Shown here: positions 11,969-23,914 of the stretch, piece after piece
How the letters are laid out: every line of letters begins with the position of its first letter
Numbering within the stretch: position 1 is the stretch's first letter
Assembly: GCF_001194135.2 (NCBI RefSeq)
Contig: NC_068982.1
Location: 4,058,271-4,097,142 of the forward strand
Reading direction: 5' to 3'
Origin: Octopus bimaculoides
Taxonomy: Eukaryota
DNA: 38,872 bases
Notes under the pieces: model-generated
Told to the model about the DNA's origin: nothing
Databases searched by the model: none
What the model saw: only the letters and a program-made list of their open reading frames with translations
Position numbers and translations under genes: made by a program

Positions 11969-12198
11969 ATCATTATCATCATCGTCGTTTAATGTCCACT
12001 TTCCATGCTGGCATGGGTTGGACGGTTTGACTGAGTGCTGGCAAGCCAGGAGGGTGTACCAAGCTCCAATCTGATCTGACAGGTTTTCTACAGCTGGATA
12101 CCTTTCCTAATGCCAACCACTCCAAGAGTGTAGCGGGTGCTTTTCATGTGCCACCAGCACAAGGGCCAGTCAGGTAGTACTTGCAACAACTACACTCG
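11969..12198 (-). mobile_element. SINE-like family C copy
   Basis: Same diagnostic body and (CAT)n tail. Confidence 0.85.
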
Positions 12199-12202
12199 AA
12201 TG

Positions 12203-12276
12203 CCCAGTCTGGGAATCGAAACTGCGATCCTATGACCGCGAGTCCGTTGCCCTAACCACTGGGCCATTGCGCCTCC
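12203..12276 (-). mobile_element. tRNA-like head of SINE family E (truncated)
   Basis: Reverse complement of ggaggcgcaatggcccagtggttagggc...gtttcgattcccagac, matching 16958. Confidence 0.8.
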
Positions 12277-12291
12277 ATACACACACAAATA

Positions 12292-12441
12292 TATGACTGG
12301 CTTCTTTCAATTTCCATCTGCCAAATCAACTCACAAGGCTCTGGTCTGCCCAATTCTATAGTAAAAGACACTTGCCCAGGGTGCCACGTAGTGGGACTGA
12401 ACCCGGAACCATGTGGTTCGTAAGCAAGCTACTTACCACAC
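12292..12441 (-). mobile_element. SINE head A
   Basis: Reverse complement of 1883-2040. Confidence 0.85.
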
Positions 12442-13168
12442 ATGCATTTCTTTAAAAAAAATTAAACCCAAGTTATTGTTTAACTCATAAAGTGCTGGGA
12501 TTTGCACTTACATGGCATGGCCTGCTGAACACATTTTATAGAAATGAGACTACCATGCACACATAAAAAACAAAAAATAGTTTAAATATCTTAGTATATA
12601 ATGGTGGTAAGTTGGGGTATCAGAGTGTTTGAATGACATTAGATCCCAACAAACGCCCATAAATTAAATGCATCTATCTGGGCCATGAAAGTGGCCTGTT
12701 GACCTGTACCTGATGGCCACAATCGTGGCCCGTTATGCTTTATGTGTTAAATAAAAGAATAAAAATTCTGAAAATAAGAGCAGTTATTGTATTAGATATT
12801 CTAAATGTAACAATATGCTTGTTGTCATGTATTGTTTTACATGAGACATCTTGTCAAAATGCCAAACCATTATGATTGAAACTGGTGAGGTGACTACGCA
12901 TATCCTGTTTCTGACAATTCATAACTGTCTGTAAGTTAGAACGATGATGAGGTTTAAGTAGAACTCTTCAAGCACAGCAAAGACTTTTCAAGTAGAGTCC
13001 TCAGTTTTATCTTCATTAACATCTAAATCTGTATTACTTGGTCATTTCCTTCCTTGAAGGTGAATAATATTTAAGAAAATTCAAAATTATGTATACTGGT
13101 GTCAATCTAATCGACTGCCCCTCCCCCCCAATTTCAGGCCTTGTGCCTATAATAGAAAAGAATGTCAA

Positions 13169-13216
<48 letters not shown>
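13169..13216. repeat. (CA)n microsatellite
   Basis: Direct reading. Confidence 0.95.
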
Positions 13217-13218
<2 letters not shown>

Positions 13219-13572
13219 GTGCACTTTTTCCATCAAATTTCCCTGTACAAGGCATTGGTCAACCAAAGTCTATGTTGGAAAACACTTGTTTAAAGTGCTG
13301 TGCCATGGGATTGAAACGAGAACCATGTCATTCACAACCTAATTCTTTTTTTTTCTGCTTATCACTTAGCCATATATGCAAACCATTTCCCTCCTATATC
13401 TGCCAACATATTTTCACCATTAATTCTACCAAATATCTTCTCTATCACCGTGTTTTCCTTTCAGTGATATTACAAGGAATGTTGACATTAATCGAACCAT
13501 TAAAAATACTGGTTGTTTTACTGTTATTTCTTTTCAAAAATATTCACATTGGTTCTAACTTCTGAATTCCAG

Positions 13573-13685
13573 CTCTTTTCTACCCTCCTGAAGAAGTTGC
13601 TGCAGGCAAAAACAAGACGGAGCTAACAGATTCTTTGGTTGACTGCATTCGATATTCCGCTCTGTTTGAGTGGCTTGTGCACTGG
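13573..13685 (+). CDS. Internal coding exon (LFYPPEEVAAGKNKTELTDSLVDCIRYSALFEWLVHW)
   Basis: ttctgaattccag acceptor, TGG|gtaaga donor, 113 nt, phase 1 to 0. Confidence 0.88.
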
Positions 13686-13965
13686 GTAAGAACCTAATAT
13701 TTCTAATTGCAATAATGCCGTCCTTTTTTTAGGTGCCACTTTTAAATTAGATTTGAAGAATGGCCAAATCCTGTTGATTGAAGGGTTAAATATAACATAT
13801 CCTGTTTCTCACAATGCATTGTGTTTTTGAAGTTTGTGTGAGTTTGAAGTAGAAGAAAAGCATTTAAATCTCTCCTCATCATTAGACAAGAAGAATAACG
13901 TTAAATGTTTGGAGTTAGTGCAGATGATGTGCAGTTTCAATTTCTGCAATACTGCAGTTAATGTG

Positions 13966-14003
<38 letters not shown>

Positions 14004-14140
14004 TGTATCCATACACTCACATATCAGATTACGTACACGCACATGTTCACATGTATATTATATAAATGATGATGATGATATATATATACAACCATATGTG
14101 TATATGTTCACAAACACACACACACACACACATATATATA

Positions 14141-14925
14141 CAGAGTGTGCTGGGTAAATGGCTGCAATTTTATACTTTTAATTTCACGCATGTGCATTGT
14201 TTGTTTTTGATGTTGTCAACTAAACAGTATGGTAGGGTCAGTTGGGCACCATCTGTGAGAAAAACAGCACCATGACGTAATTCACTTTGCCAGAAATTTG
14301 GAAACAACATGCTGTACTGCTTGGCATTCATGCTGGAAGCTCCAATATGAACATTTCAGAGTGTTTGGGTGTCAGTCTGAGGCAGTGCAGAGGATTTGCA
14401 AAGAGTTGGAGGAGTCTTATAGTGACTATGAAGGTACGGCAGCTCAGAAAACTCATTCTGGTTGTTCTGATAAGAAAAGAACTCCTGAATTTGTTGGTAA
14501 GATCCCGGCCATGATTGACAACAATCCCTCCAAGTCAATCAGGTCCATTGCCAGGGACATAGGAAAAATCTGAGTTTCTTATGAGGCAGGTGGAGCCTGA
14601 AGACTTTCAGTATTCCTCGTACAAGATGAGAAAGGGCCAATTCTTATCCCAAGCCATCAAGGACAAGAGGAAAGACTGCACTACGAAGCTTTTCAACAAA
14701 CTCAAGCATCTCCTCCAACTGAACATGCTTTGGTTTTTCTCAGACAAGAACAATTTCTGCCAGGATCAAATGGTGAACACACAGAACAACTGTTGGCTTG
14801 CCGTGTCCCTAAAACATGTACTTAGAGTGATAAAAATCAAAACATCCAGTCAACATCATGGTGTTTGGAGTGATCACTAGTGATGGCGACATTATGCCTC
14901 CACTCATCTTCCCACATGGCCTCAA
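14141..14925 (+). mobile_element. Tc1/mariner (maT, DD37D-like) DNA transposon fossil, 3' truncated
   Basis: Starts TA|CAGAGTGTG inside a (CA)/(TA) tract. Frameshifted transposase: HTH region, DNNPSKSIRSIARD, YKMRKGQFLS, WFFSDKNNFCQDQMVNTQNN, MVFGVITSDGDIMPPLIFPHGL. Confidence 0.9.
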
Positions 14926-15096
14926 ATTAGTGCATAGTTCAGTAAATGTTTTTGCTCAATTCTTTTTTTTTTTTAATATTACACAAACTTTTACTAATAA
15001 ACATAATTATTTATTTTCCTGTGTTTTTAAACAAAACGACCAAGTTGCTAAGGTACTGGATGACCGACATCATAATATTTTTTACTCGTTACTTTT

Positions 15097-15305
15097 ATCA
15101 TTTTATTTGCATTTTCCATGCTGGCATTTGTTGGCTGGTTTGACCGGAGCTGGTAAGGCCAGGAGTGGAATTAGGTTCCATGTCTGGTTTGGCATGGTTT
15201 TTGCAACTGGTTGCTCTTCCTAATGCCAACCACTTTACAGAGTGTACTGGGTGCTTTTTATAAGGCACCAACACCAGTGCATTTTACATGGCACCAGCAC
15301 CGACA
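15097..15305 (-). mobile_element. SINE-like family C copy (diverged)
   Basis: ttccatgctggc...cttcctaatgccaaccactttacagagtgtactgggtgcttttt. Confidence 0.75.
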
Positions 15306-16442
15306 GGGTCTCCAAGCACCTTGCAGGACAAAAACCCCACAATTGTGAGGGGGAAGTAGTATTGACGGGGTGTGGCTTTGTGCCAGTTGAGAGATTTAAG
15401 GTAAAGCTGGGGCACAGATAGAGATGTCTTGCTGTAGAGTAGATACATGGATACTCCCCCCTTGGACAGACAAAGGAAAATGAGATGGAGAGTAAGATAA
15501 AGAGAGCAATAATAAGAGATAATTGTGGTGAAGGTATGTTGGGACATGCCCTTGAGGGACATGGGGGCGGGTGGTGAGAATAGGTGAGGTGATAGAGAGG
15601 TTTGGACTGAGTGAGTGGGCAGGATGAGGTGACTGTAGCAAATGATGGAGAGAAATATAGGAGAGGCTTGGTGGGTGGGGTTTGAAATACCTTGTCATGT
15701 GACTGTACTCTGTCTACCTAAGGAACTCAACTAACAACCATCCTTATGAATCACATTTTGAACATGAAGATTTTAAACTGAAAATGAAATGGTTTGAATG
15801 AAGTTGTCTCCCATAACTAAGCAGGAATCTATTGGTTAGGAACAAACACCAGACACTCTCTGCAAAATTCTAATCTCAAGTTTAAGATGTATCAGTTGAT
15901 ATTCCTCAGCGGAATCTGTTGAAAGCCTGTCATGTGGATTCATTCTGCAATAAGACTCTTCTTTTATTAGGGCAGGGACAGTGCTAAGCAGTGATGTGTA
16001 TAAATATAAACTTGTTGCTAGTTCAAGTATTCTTGAGGCATATTCCAACCCATAAGAGAGCCATTCACTGTATTTTGGAATGGAGAAAACTTCTCACTTT
16101 AGACACCAAGGTGTTAAACACACCTTATACCGTTAACACCTTTGTGTCTAAAATGAGCAATTTTCTCTGTGATATAAACATATGCCTCAAGAATATTTGA
16201 ACAAGTTTGAATTTATTTTTTTACTATTTTATTAGTTTCACTCATTGAACTGTGGCCATGCTGGGGCAGACATGTTTTAAACATAGTTTAGTAATCTGAA
16301 CTTTTCAAAGTTTCCATACTTTGTTTGGTGTTAATGATAATATCCATCCGTTTCCAGTTCTATGATGCCATACAATAATTTCATTATAGTTATCATTTTG
16401 TGTTATTGGTTTGATTTTCACCTGGAAACTTGTTCATTTCAG

Positions 16443-16568
16443 CTTCATGTCATTCATTCTCATGAACATGAAAAACTGCCATGGGATGATAAATTCTGGT
16501 CGTTCATTGGAGATGATGGCTTTAAAGCAGCCTCAAGGTTTTTCAAATTAATTAATGTAAACTTTAAA
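16443..16568 (+). CDS. Internal coding exon (LHVIHSHEHEKLPWDDKFWSFIGDDGFKAASRFFKLINVNFK)
   Basis: cttgttcatttcag acceptor, AAA|gtaagt donor, 126 nt, phase 0 to 0. Confidence 0.88.
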
Positions 16569-16708
16569 GTAAGTCCTAATTTTTATTCTTGTCATTGTGT
16601 TGCTTGAACCTGTTCATTCTGAAATAATAGTCTTTCTGTTATTTTAAAAATGTTTATGATTAAAATTCCCCAAAGACACAGAGCTCATGGCACCATGTTG
16701 TTATATTA

Positions 16709-16900
16709 AGGCAGCAAGTTGGCAGAATCGTTAGCATGCCAGACGATTAGTGGCGTTTTTTCTATATTTATGTCCTTGCTTCAAATTTTGCTGAGGTTGA
16801 CTTTGCCTTTTGTCCTTTTGGGGTCAGTAAAATGTGTACCAGCTGAACACTGGGAACAACCCCTCCCCTGTAATTACTGCTCTTCTGCCAGAATAGGAAA
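16709..16900 (+). mobile_element. SINE family D copy (diverged)
   Basis: ttggcagaatcgttagcatgcc...ttcaaattttgctgaggttgactttgcc. Confidence 0.75.
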
Positions 16901-16957
16901 CTAAAATATTGTATCTCTTACCTCCTAACGGAACAGCAGGGCTTTATGACATAATGT

Positions 16958-17331
16958 GGAGGCGCAATAGTCCAGTGGTTAGGGCAGCGAACTTGCAGTC
17001 GTAGGATCGCGGTTTCGATTCCCAGACTGCGTTGTGAGTGTTTATTGAGCGAAAACACCTAAAGCTCCACTAGGCTCCAGCAGAGGATGGTGGCGAACCC
17101 TGCTGTACTCTTCCACCACAACTTTCACTCTTTCTTCCTGTTTCTGTTGTACTTGTATTTCAAAGGGGCCAGCCTTGTCACACTCTGTGTCATGTTGAAT
17201 CTCCCTGAGAACTACATTAAGGGTACATGTGTCTGTGGAATACTCAGCCACTTGCATGTTAATTTCATGATCAGGCTGTTCCGTTGATCAGATCAACTGG
17301 AACCCTTGTCGTCGTAACCGACAGAGTGCCA
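16958..17331 (+). mobile_element. tRNA-derived SINE family E, full length
   Basis: A box (agtccagtggttagg), B box (ggtttcgattccc), tail ...tcaaaggggccagcc...gatcaactggaaccc..gtaaccgacagagtgcc. Confidence 0.88.
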
Positions 17332-17525
17332 TGATGATTTTTTTTAGAATGGTGAGTTGGCAGAATGGTGATGGCACCTTAGTCTAACATCAGTCCTTTT
17401 TTTTTTAATACTCTTCATTCAAATGTCGAAGTTTGATTTCCAAAATAAGTATTGGCAACATATTGAGATTGTTTCAATAGAATATTGTTTTCTTCAAAAA
17501 AAATCATTCTAGATGTAAACCCAGA

Positions 17526-17775
17526 CATCATCATAATTTAGCACCCATTGTCCATGCTGGCATGGGTTGGACAGTTTGACCAGGGCTGGCTAGATGGAAG
17601 GCTGCACCAGGTTCCAATCTGATTTGGCATGGTTTCTACGGCTGGATGCCCATCTTAATGCCAACCACTCCAAGAGTGTAATGGGTGTTTTTACGTGCCA
17701 CTGCCACAGGTGCCATTTGCGTGACACCGGTATCTGCCACGACAGCAATTTTATTTGGCCTGATGGGTCTTCTTG
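17526..17775 (-). mobile_element. SINE-like family C copy ending ~40 nt before the 17818 acceptor
   Basis: Diagnostic body and (CAT)n tail. Confidence 0.85.
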
Positions 17776-17817
17776 TGTCATTATTTTCATTGATTCTTTT
17801 AAAATTTCTTTGAACAG

Positions 17818-17973
17818 TATGGTGAGGAAACTAGCGTTGATGGCCTTGATCAACATATGCTTGGATGTGCCCTCTATTACCTGGAGCTGATGTCATTTCT
17901 TTCTAATGATGAAATCGTTGCAATCACAGATTGTTCTAGCACTCGCCATGTGGTCTCATCTTTCCTGAAAGTG
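17818..17973 (+). CDS. Internal coding exon (YGEETSVDGLDQHMLGCALYYLELMSFLSNDEIVAITDCSSTRHVVSSFLKV)
   Basis: atttctttgaacag acceptor, GTG|gtaagt donor, 156 nt, phase 0 to 0. Confidence 0.88.
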
Positions 17974-18072
17974 GTAAGTGTTTGCTTTTATAACATTTCG
18001 AACCTTTGTTAATATCTGTGAATTCAATTTGGAGTTTTTATGATGTTTCTGTTTTTTTTTTTTTTATTGTTG

Positions 18073-18270
18073 CGGTGAGCTGGCAGCCGGTAGCATGTCA
18101 GAACAAATGCTGTCTTTACATTCTGAGTTCAAATTCTGCTGAGGTCGACTTTGCCTTTCACTCTTTTGGTGTTGATTAAATAAGTACCAGTGGTGTGCTG
18201 GGGTCAATCTAATCAACTATCCCTCTCTCCCTAGAATTTCAGGTTTTGTGTTTATAGTGGAAAGGATTAA
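18073..18270 (+). mobile_element. SINE family D copy with alternative tail
   Basis: ggtgagctggcag...ttctgagttcaaattctgctgaggtcgactttgcc...ggggtcaatctaatcaact...atagtggaaaggatt. Confidence 0.8.
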
Positions 18271-18488
18271 TGTTATTATTTCTATGATTGTTATTTATAT
18301 TGTTATTGTCATCAATCTTGTTAGAGATAGGATCACTGGCAGATTTGTGCCAGGAACTGCATTCTAATAAGACATTTACCAGTTTCTCAATTGACTCTAA
18401 AGTGGTAGAGACTCTGTACATTTGTCAGCAGATTCTCTCTGATACCTGTTTTAGCCTCAAAAAAGAGCTGTATTAGTAGAGATTTAAA

Positions 18489-18870
18489 CATCATCATCAT
18501 TGTTGTCGTTTAACGTCCGCTTTCCATGCTGGCATGGGTTGGACAGTTTGACTGAGGACTGGCAAGCCGGGAGGCTGCACCAGGCTCCAATCTGATTTGG
18601 CAAGGTTTCTACAGATGGATGCCCTTCCTAATGCCAACCACTCTGAGAGTGTAGCAGGTGCTTTTTATGTGCCAATAGTACGAGGGCCAGTCAGGTGGTA
18701 CTGGTATCAACCACGCTTGACTGGTGCTTTTTACTTGCCAGTCAGGCGGCACTAGCAACGATCATACTCGAATGGTGCTTTTTACGTGCCACCAGCACGG
18801 ATGCCAATCAGGCGGTACTGTCATCAGCCACAACAATGACTTCACTTCTTGACTCAACGGGTCTTCGCAA
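18489..18870 (-). mobile_element. SINE-like family C copy, long, with internal tandem repeats
   Basis: Body plus three ggtgcttttta..tgcca / tcaggcggtac repeats. Confidence 0.88.
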
Positions 18871-19172
18871 GCTCAGTTTAATTGCCCAATATACATCTGT
18901 GTACAGTTTTTATTTTAGAGCTGATTCTACAAGAAAGAAAGAAAAACAGCCAAATAGTTTGGTTGTTGCTGATATTGTTGCTGAATAGCTCCATCTACTT
19001 CTGCTAAAATTACGATGGAGAGGCAGTGAAATATCTGGGTACCATCCATGGATCCAGCAAGAGTACTGTGTTAGTCCGATATGAGTCTCTATATCTCACG
19101 TTCCAGTCTCTTCTTTTGTTTGTTTGTTACACTATGCAGAGCTCTATGCAATGGTACATTAAGGTAGTTGAC

Positions 19173-19330
19173 CAGGTGTGGCTGTATGGTAAGAAGCTTG
19201 CTTCCCAACCACATGGTTCTGGGTTCAGCCCCACTGTGTGGCACCTTGGGCAATTGTCTTCTACTATAGCCTCAGGCTGACCAAAGCCTTGTGAGTGGAT
19301 TTGACAGATGGAAACCGAAAGAAGCCTGTC
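19173..19330 (+). mobile_element. SINE head A
   Basis: Matches 1883-2040. Confidence 0.85.
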
Positions 19331-19399
19331 ATATATGTACATGTCTGGTTCCTGACTGATTACATGTGTGTTGAGGCTTGCTACGGAATTTATATTTAG

Positions 19400-19461
19400 A
19401 TATATTTGGGGTACTTATGTGTACTCATGACTTTTGCTTCCGCTTTTTTCCATGGGTGCTT
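19400..19461 (+). CDS. Possible alternative or cryptic hydrophobic exon (IYLGYLCVLMTFASAFFHGC)
   Basis: tatatttag acceptor and strong gtaagt donor, phase 0 to 2. It stays in frame only if the next exon uses the AG ending at 21846 or 21852 instead of 21841. Confidence 0.35.
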
Positions 19462-20592
19462 GTAAGTATTTCATATTCTCTGTTGATGAGTGGAAAAATC
19501 CATTGGATTAATCCTGAAATCATTCGATGCAGAAATAATGAATTAAAAAAAAAATTCCGTCATCTTGCTTTCCTTGATTTCCACAGAACGTGTATTCATG
19601 GTAATGCATATTGTATGTTGTGATTGACGATTTAAAGTCTATTTCTCAGCATACCAACATAGAAATTTTTTTCTTTTGCCCTTATTTTATAATTGTTTAT
19701 AAATGTGTATGTATCTTTGTGTCAGTGTTTGTCCACCTCCCCACACTGTTTGGAAACTGGTGTTGGTATGTATAAACAAGCAGCAGATAAAAATTACAAG
19801 ATCCTGCTTTTAGAACTAAAGGTAAAATTTGATTGAGGCATGAAAGATATGTTCCAATTAATTGTTTCCTTTGTCGGTTTTGCAACTGTGCCTATTTATT
19901 GACTGATAAGGTCAGTTAATTGTCTTGGACTCCTGTACAAAGCACAGTTTGTCTGACTGATGAAAATACATTCTAATTCCACTTCATTCTTAACTTCAAT
20001 ACATTGCTTGGCATCAGTCTGCTGAACAGGTAACCGTTTCTGGCTTCACTTATTAAACTATAAAAATTTTTGATTTTAGCTGTTCCTGCAAATATATATT
20101 TAAAGATGTATTCAAAACAATCAAACATAAAAAAAAAATACACACAGGAATCCTATTGCATTCCCAAAAGAATGCTAAAAAAAGAAACTTTAAAAATATA
20201 AAATGTTTTAAAAATAAAAAAAAAACCCTTAATTTTCTGTAAGTATATGTATGTATGTATGTTATCTCAGGACACAAAAACTGGTTTAAAATATTTTAAA
20301 GACAAAGTTAAACATTAAGATGTAAAAATATATAAAAAAATCTAGTATATCAGAATCTCCCCTCCCCCCATCATTCCCCGCGCATAAAATGTAAGAAACA
20401 ATCACAGAAAAAAATATAATCTTATAATAAATACCAGAAATACGTTTTATATATTTAATGGTGAACCATGGGAAATAATTCCACTAAATTTGGAGTTATC
20501 CCCCCTTAAATATAACATTCTTGACAGATTTAAATGTGAACGTCTGATCGTTGTCGTGTTTTGGCACTAGAGAGCACTTCAGTCCTTTAGGC

Positions 20593-20740
20593 CAGTAGTT
20601 CCCAACATGGGGTCCGCGGACCACTGGTGGTTCGCAAATGTAATACTGGGGGTCCGTGAACTAAATTCAAAATTTCAAATAAGCATATTAAAAGGGGGTT
20701 GTGGGAAAACTCATTTAAATAAAAGGGTTGGGAACCACTC
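20593..20740. mobile_element. hAT (Charlie-like) MITE
   Basis: TIRs CAGTAGTTCCCAAC / GTTGGGAACCACTC; degenerate 8 bp TSD ctttaggc / ctttacgt (6/8). Confidence 0.8.
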
Positions 20741-21841
20741 CTTTACGTGATTCACTGATGTCAGGTAACTTTCAAATCAGTGCTGTCTTATTTACAGGAA
20801 TTGGCTGACACATTAGTTGTTGATGTTTGTTAAACATAATAATTTCTGAGAGTGCATGCTGAGCAGTAAAAATCTGAACCATATCTTATGTATTCATTCT
20901 ATGATGATCAACGTTTTGGCAGATTCAAATGTGAATATCTGATGGTTGTTGTTTTTCGTCATCAGAGAACAGCTCCCTTTTGGCAATGTGTGTTCATAAC
21001 TCATTGAATTCACTGGTGTAAGGGGACTTTGAGTCATCATGATGTTTCAACCTCTTTGTGTGTCTCATTGGCGTTAAGACTGACGAATCTGACAAAAGCA
21101 CAAGCTCTTGTCATGGAGTTTATGAACATCATAAATTTAAGCATTACTGGTGCTGCAGATATAAGTATAGACAAAAGTAAATATGAATATCAATATGCCA
21201 GTGTTAGATTAAGTAGGTGGGTGGCTAAACTAGTTGCATTTGTCCCAGGAAAGAGGGAGAGGAAGGAGGTGAAATCCCAGTGAGAGAGGGGGTTTCCGGT
21301 GAGAGAAAAGAGATATCCAGTATTGGTGGTTGGGTGGGAATGGGCAGGCACACCATGAACAAGCAAGGGTTAATTTAAGAGATAGTATGAAAAAAAAAAA
21401 TATGTAGCCAACTTAGAAACAACTTGGAGGGAAGAAGAGTTAAACATGAAGAATTAAGGAGAAAACTAAGGCTGAGAGAGAAAGAGAGAGAGATTAGGAA
21501 GTTATATATTGAAGAGTCAATTTGAATAATTAGCTTACAGAAGTAGACATTAGTAAATAATGCTTATTAATAATGAATGAATGAATGAGTGAAAAGATAA
21601 AAAAAACACGGGAGAATATCTTAGCCTAGCAGGGCGTAACGGGGTGCCATATAGATATCAATGCTGGAACAGGCTATTATTTCTAGCAGTTCAAACAATC
21701 ACATAGAGGTTCCTTTGCTTTGGTGGAAGAAATTGAGTCTGGAAGATGAAAAAGAGTGGATGATGTGTGTGTTAGAGTGGACATTAATACAATTGGGTAA
21801 CTAAATGATATTTATTGTTGTCTGTTTTTGTTTCTTTACAG

Positions 21842-22063
21842 TTCAGTTGCAGTCTAATGAAGAAAGATATTGGTAAGGATATTGTGGTGCCTCTGTTGGA
21901 ATATGATTGGGCTTTGAAACTTCTCTTCTGCCTTGGCTACGATCTAAGCAACGTGAAGAAAGATTCTACCATTAAATCACCCAAAGAAAGTTTCAAAGCT
22001 ATTGAAGCTGTTGGTAAAATTCTTTATGGCCTCTTTATCTTACCCTTGGAAGTAAATAAATAA
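21842..22063 (+). CDS. Probable last coding exon (FSCSLMKKDIGKDIVVPLLEYDWALKLLFCLGYDLSNVKKDSTIKSPKESFKAIEAVGKILYGLFILPLEVNK*)
   Basis: tgtttttgtttctttacag acceptor in phase 0, 73 codons to TAA, with AATAAA motifs overlapping the stop. A GAA|gtaaat donor at 22051 could instead continue the gene. Confidence 0.8.
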   Translation, partial: FSCSLMKKDIGKDIVVPLLEYDWALKLLFCLGYDLSNVKKDSTIKSPKESFKAIEAVGKILYGLFILPLEVNK

Positions 22064-22938
22064 AAACCGAGATTAATGCAGGGGGGTTGGAAGGATTTAA
22101 CTGCAAGTTAAATTTAAACAATGAAATATAACAAAAAAGCCAACCAATAAAACCTACCACCCCTTCTTGAATCATTTGAAATGATAATGAGGAATATTCG
22201 AAGAAACACTGCCAATAAAGTCTAGACACCAAAATATAAAGAATTTTAAAAAAGGGAAGGAAAAGAGTGAGAAAAGAAGGAAAAGAGTAAAACTTCATTT
22301 TCTCCTTTGTTAGATCTGTCTTTCTTTTTTCCCCTCATTGGAAGTGAATAATAAAAAAGACAAAAAATACATTTTTAGTTTTTTTTTCTATTTCTTTTCA
22401 TTATTTTTGAGAATGAATTTTTGATTCTTGATGAGAAGCATTTTTTGGTGCNNNNNNNNNNNNNNNNNNNNNNNNNNNNNNNNNNNNNNNNNNNNNNNNN
22501 NNNNNNNNNNNNNNNNNNNNNNNNNNNNNNNNNNNNNNNNNNNNNNNNNNNNNNNNNNNNNNNNNNNNNNNNNNNNNNNNNNNNNNNNNNNNNNNNNNNN
22601 NNNNNNNNNNNNNNNNNNNNNNNNNNNNNNNNNNNNNNNNNNNNNNNNNNNNNNNNNNNNNNNNNNNNNNNNNNNNNNNNNNNNNNNNNNNNNNNNNNNN
22701 NNNNNNNNNNNNNNNNNNNNNNNNNNNNNNNNNNNNNNNNNNNNNNNNNNNNNNNNNNNNNNNNNNNNNNNNNNNNNNNNNNNNNNNNNNNNNNNNNNNN
22801 NNNNNNNNNNNNNNNNNNNNNNNNNNNNNNNNNNNNNNNNNNNNNNNNNNNNNNNNNNNNNNNNNNNNNNNNNNNNNNNNNNNNNNNNNNNNNNNNNNNN
22901 NNNNNNNNNNNNNNNNNNNNNNNNNNNNNNNNNNNNNN

Positions 22939-23067
22939 TATATACACATATATATATATATATATATATGTATGTATATACACACATGTATATACACATA
23001 TACAAACATATATACACATATATATATATATATATATGTATGTATATACACATATATACACATATAT

Positions 23068-23098
<31 letters not shown>

Positions 23099-23163
23099 CA
23101 TAGACACAAACATATACACACACACACATATATATATATATACACACACATATGTATATATAT
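22939..23163. repeat. Compound (TA)/(CA)/(TACA) microsatellite after a gap
   Basis: Direct reading. Confidence 0.95.
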
Positions 23164-23883
23164 AATTTAGGAAAACAAATTTCCAAATCAATCAGGTGTG
23201 TAACCCTTCAGTGTTATATGCATCTACATATCTTATGTTGGGGTTTTATCTTATATTCATACATTTACCTATACATATACAAAGTATTTGATAATAGTCA
23301 ATATTAATTCAATTTTGGGGGATTAATCGATATGTGGGTATTCTATTTCAGATAATACAAAAAATAACCTAATGAGTACATCTAACAGTAAATTCATGGT
23401 ATCAGTTTGCACATCATGAAATAATACCTTAAAGGATATAACCAAAATTACCAGAAGGGTATATAACATACTTCATTAATTATATCCTACTTCAGTTAAT
23501 ACACAAATTTATCAAATATGAAGGAACTACACATGTTTCAGTATTGGAAGATTACAATATATATACATAACTGTATACCTATATATATACATATATAAAT
23601 ATATGCAATCGTCAGATTTACGATTATTTCAACACATCTTCAGGTTCTATTTCAAAATATTATATATCTAATTTTAAATCCCTTTAAAAAATAAGCAATA
23701 CAATTAAGCATTAAAAATAAAAAAATTAGAATAAAAAATTATACTTTGTAATATTAAGAATTAAACATTGTAAATATGAATTAGTATATATATATATATA
23801 TATATNNNNNNNNNNNNNNNNNNNNNNNNNNNNNNNNNNNNNNNNNNNNNNNNNNNNNNNNNNNNNNNNNNNNNNNNNNNNNN

Positions 23884-23914
<31 letters not shown>

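Noticed and set aside
15330-15700. Purine-rich segment with several short ORFs on the minus strand
   Set aside because: No recognisable domain or splice structure; probably an old repeat that I cannot classify.
18322-18476. Protein-like frame IGSLADLCQELHSNKTF... as an exon
   Set aside because: The natural acceptor gives phase 1 after a phase-0 donor; it would need a rare GAG acceptor and a weak donor, and it abuts SINEs.
19955-20965. Other CTGATGA hits (e.g. 19960 plus, ~20960 minus)
   Set aside because: No stem II hairpin followed by GAAA and no stem I complement.
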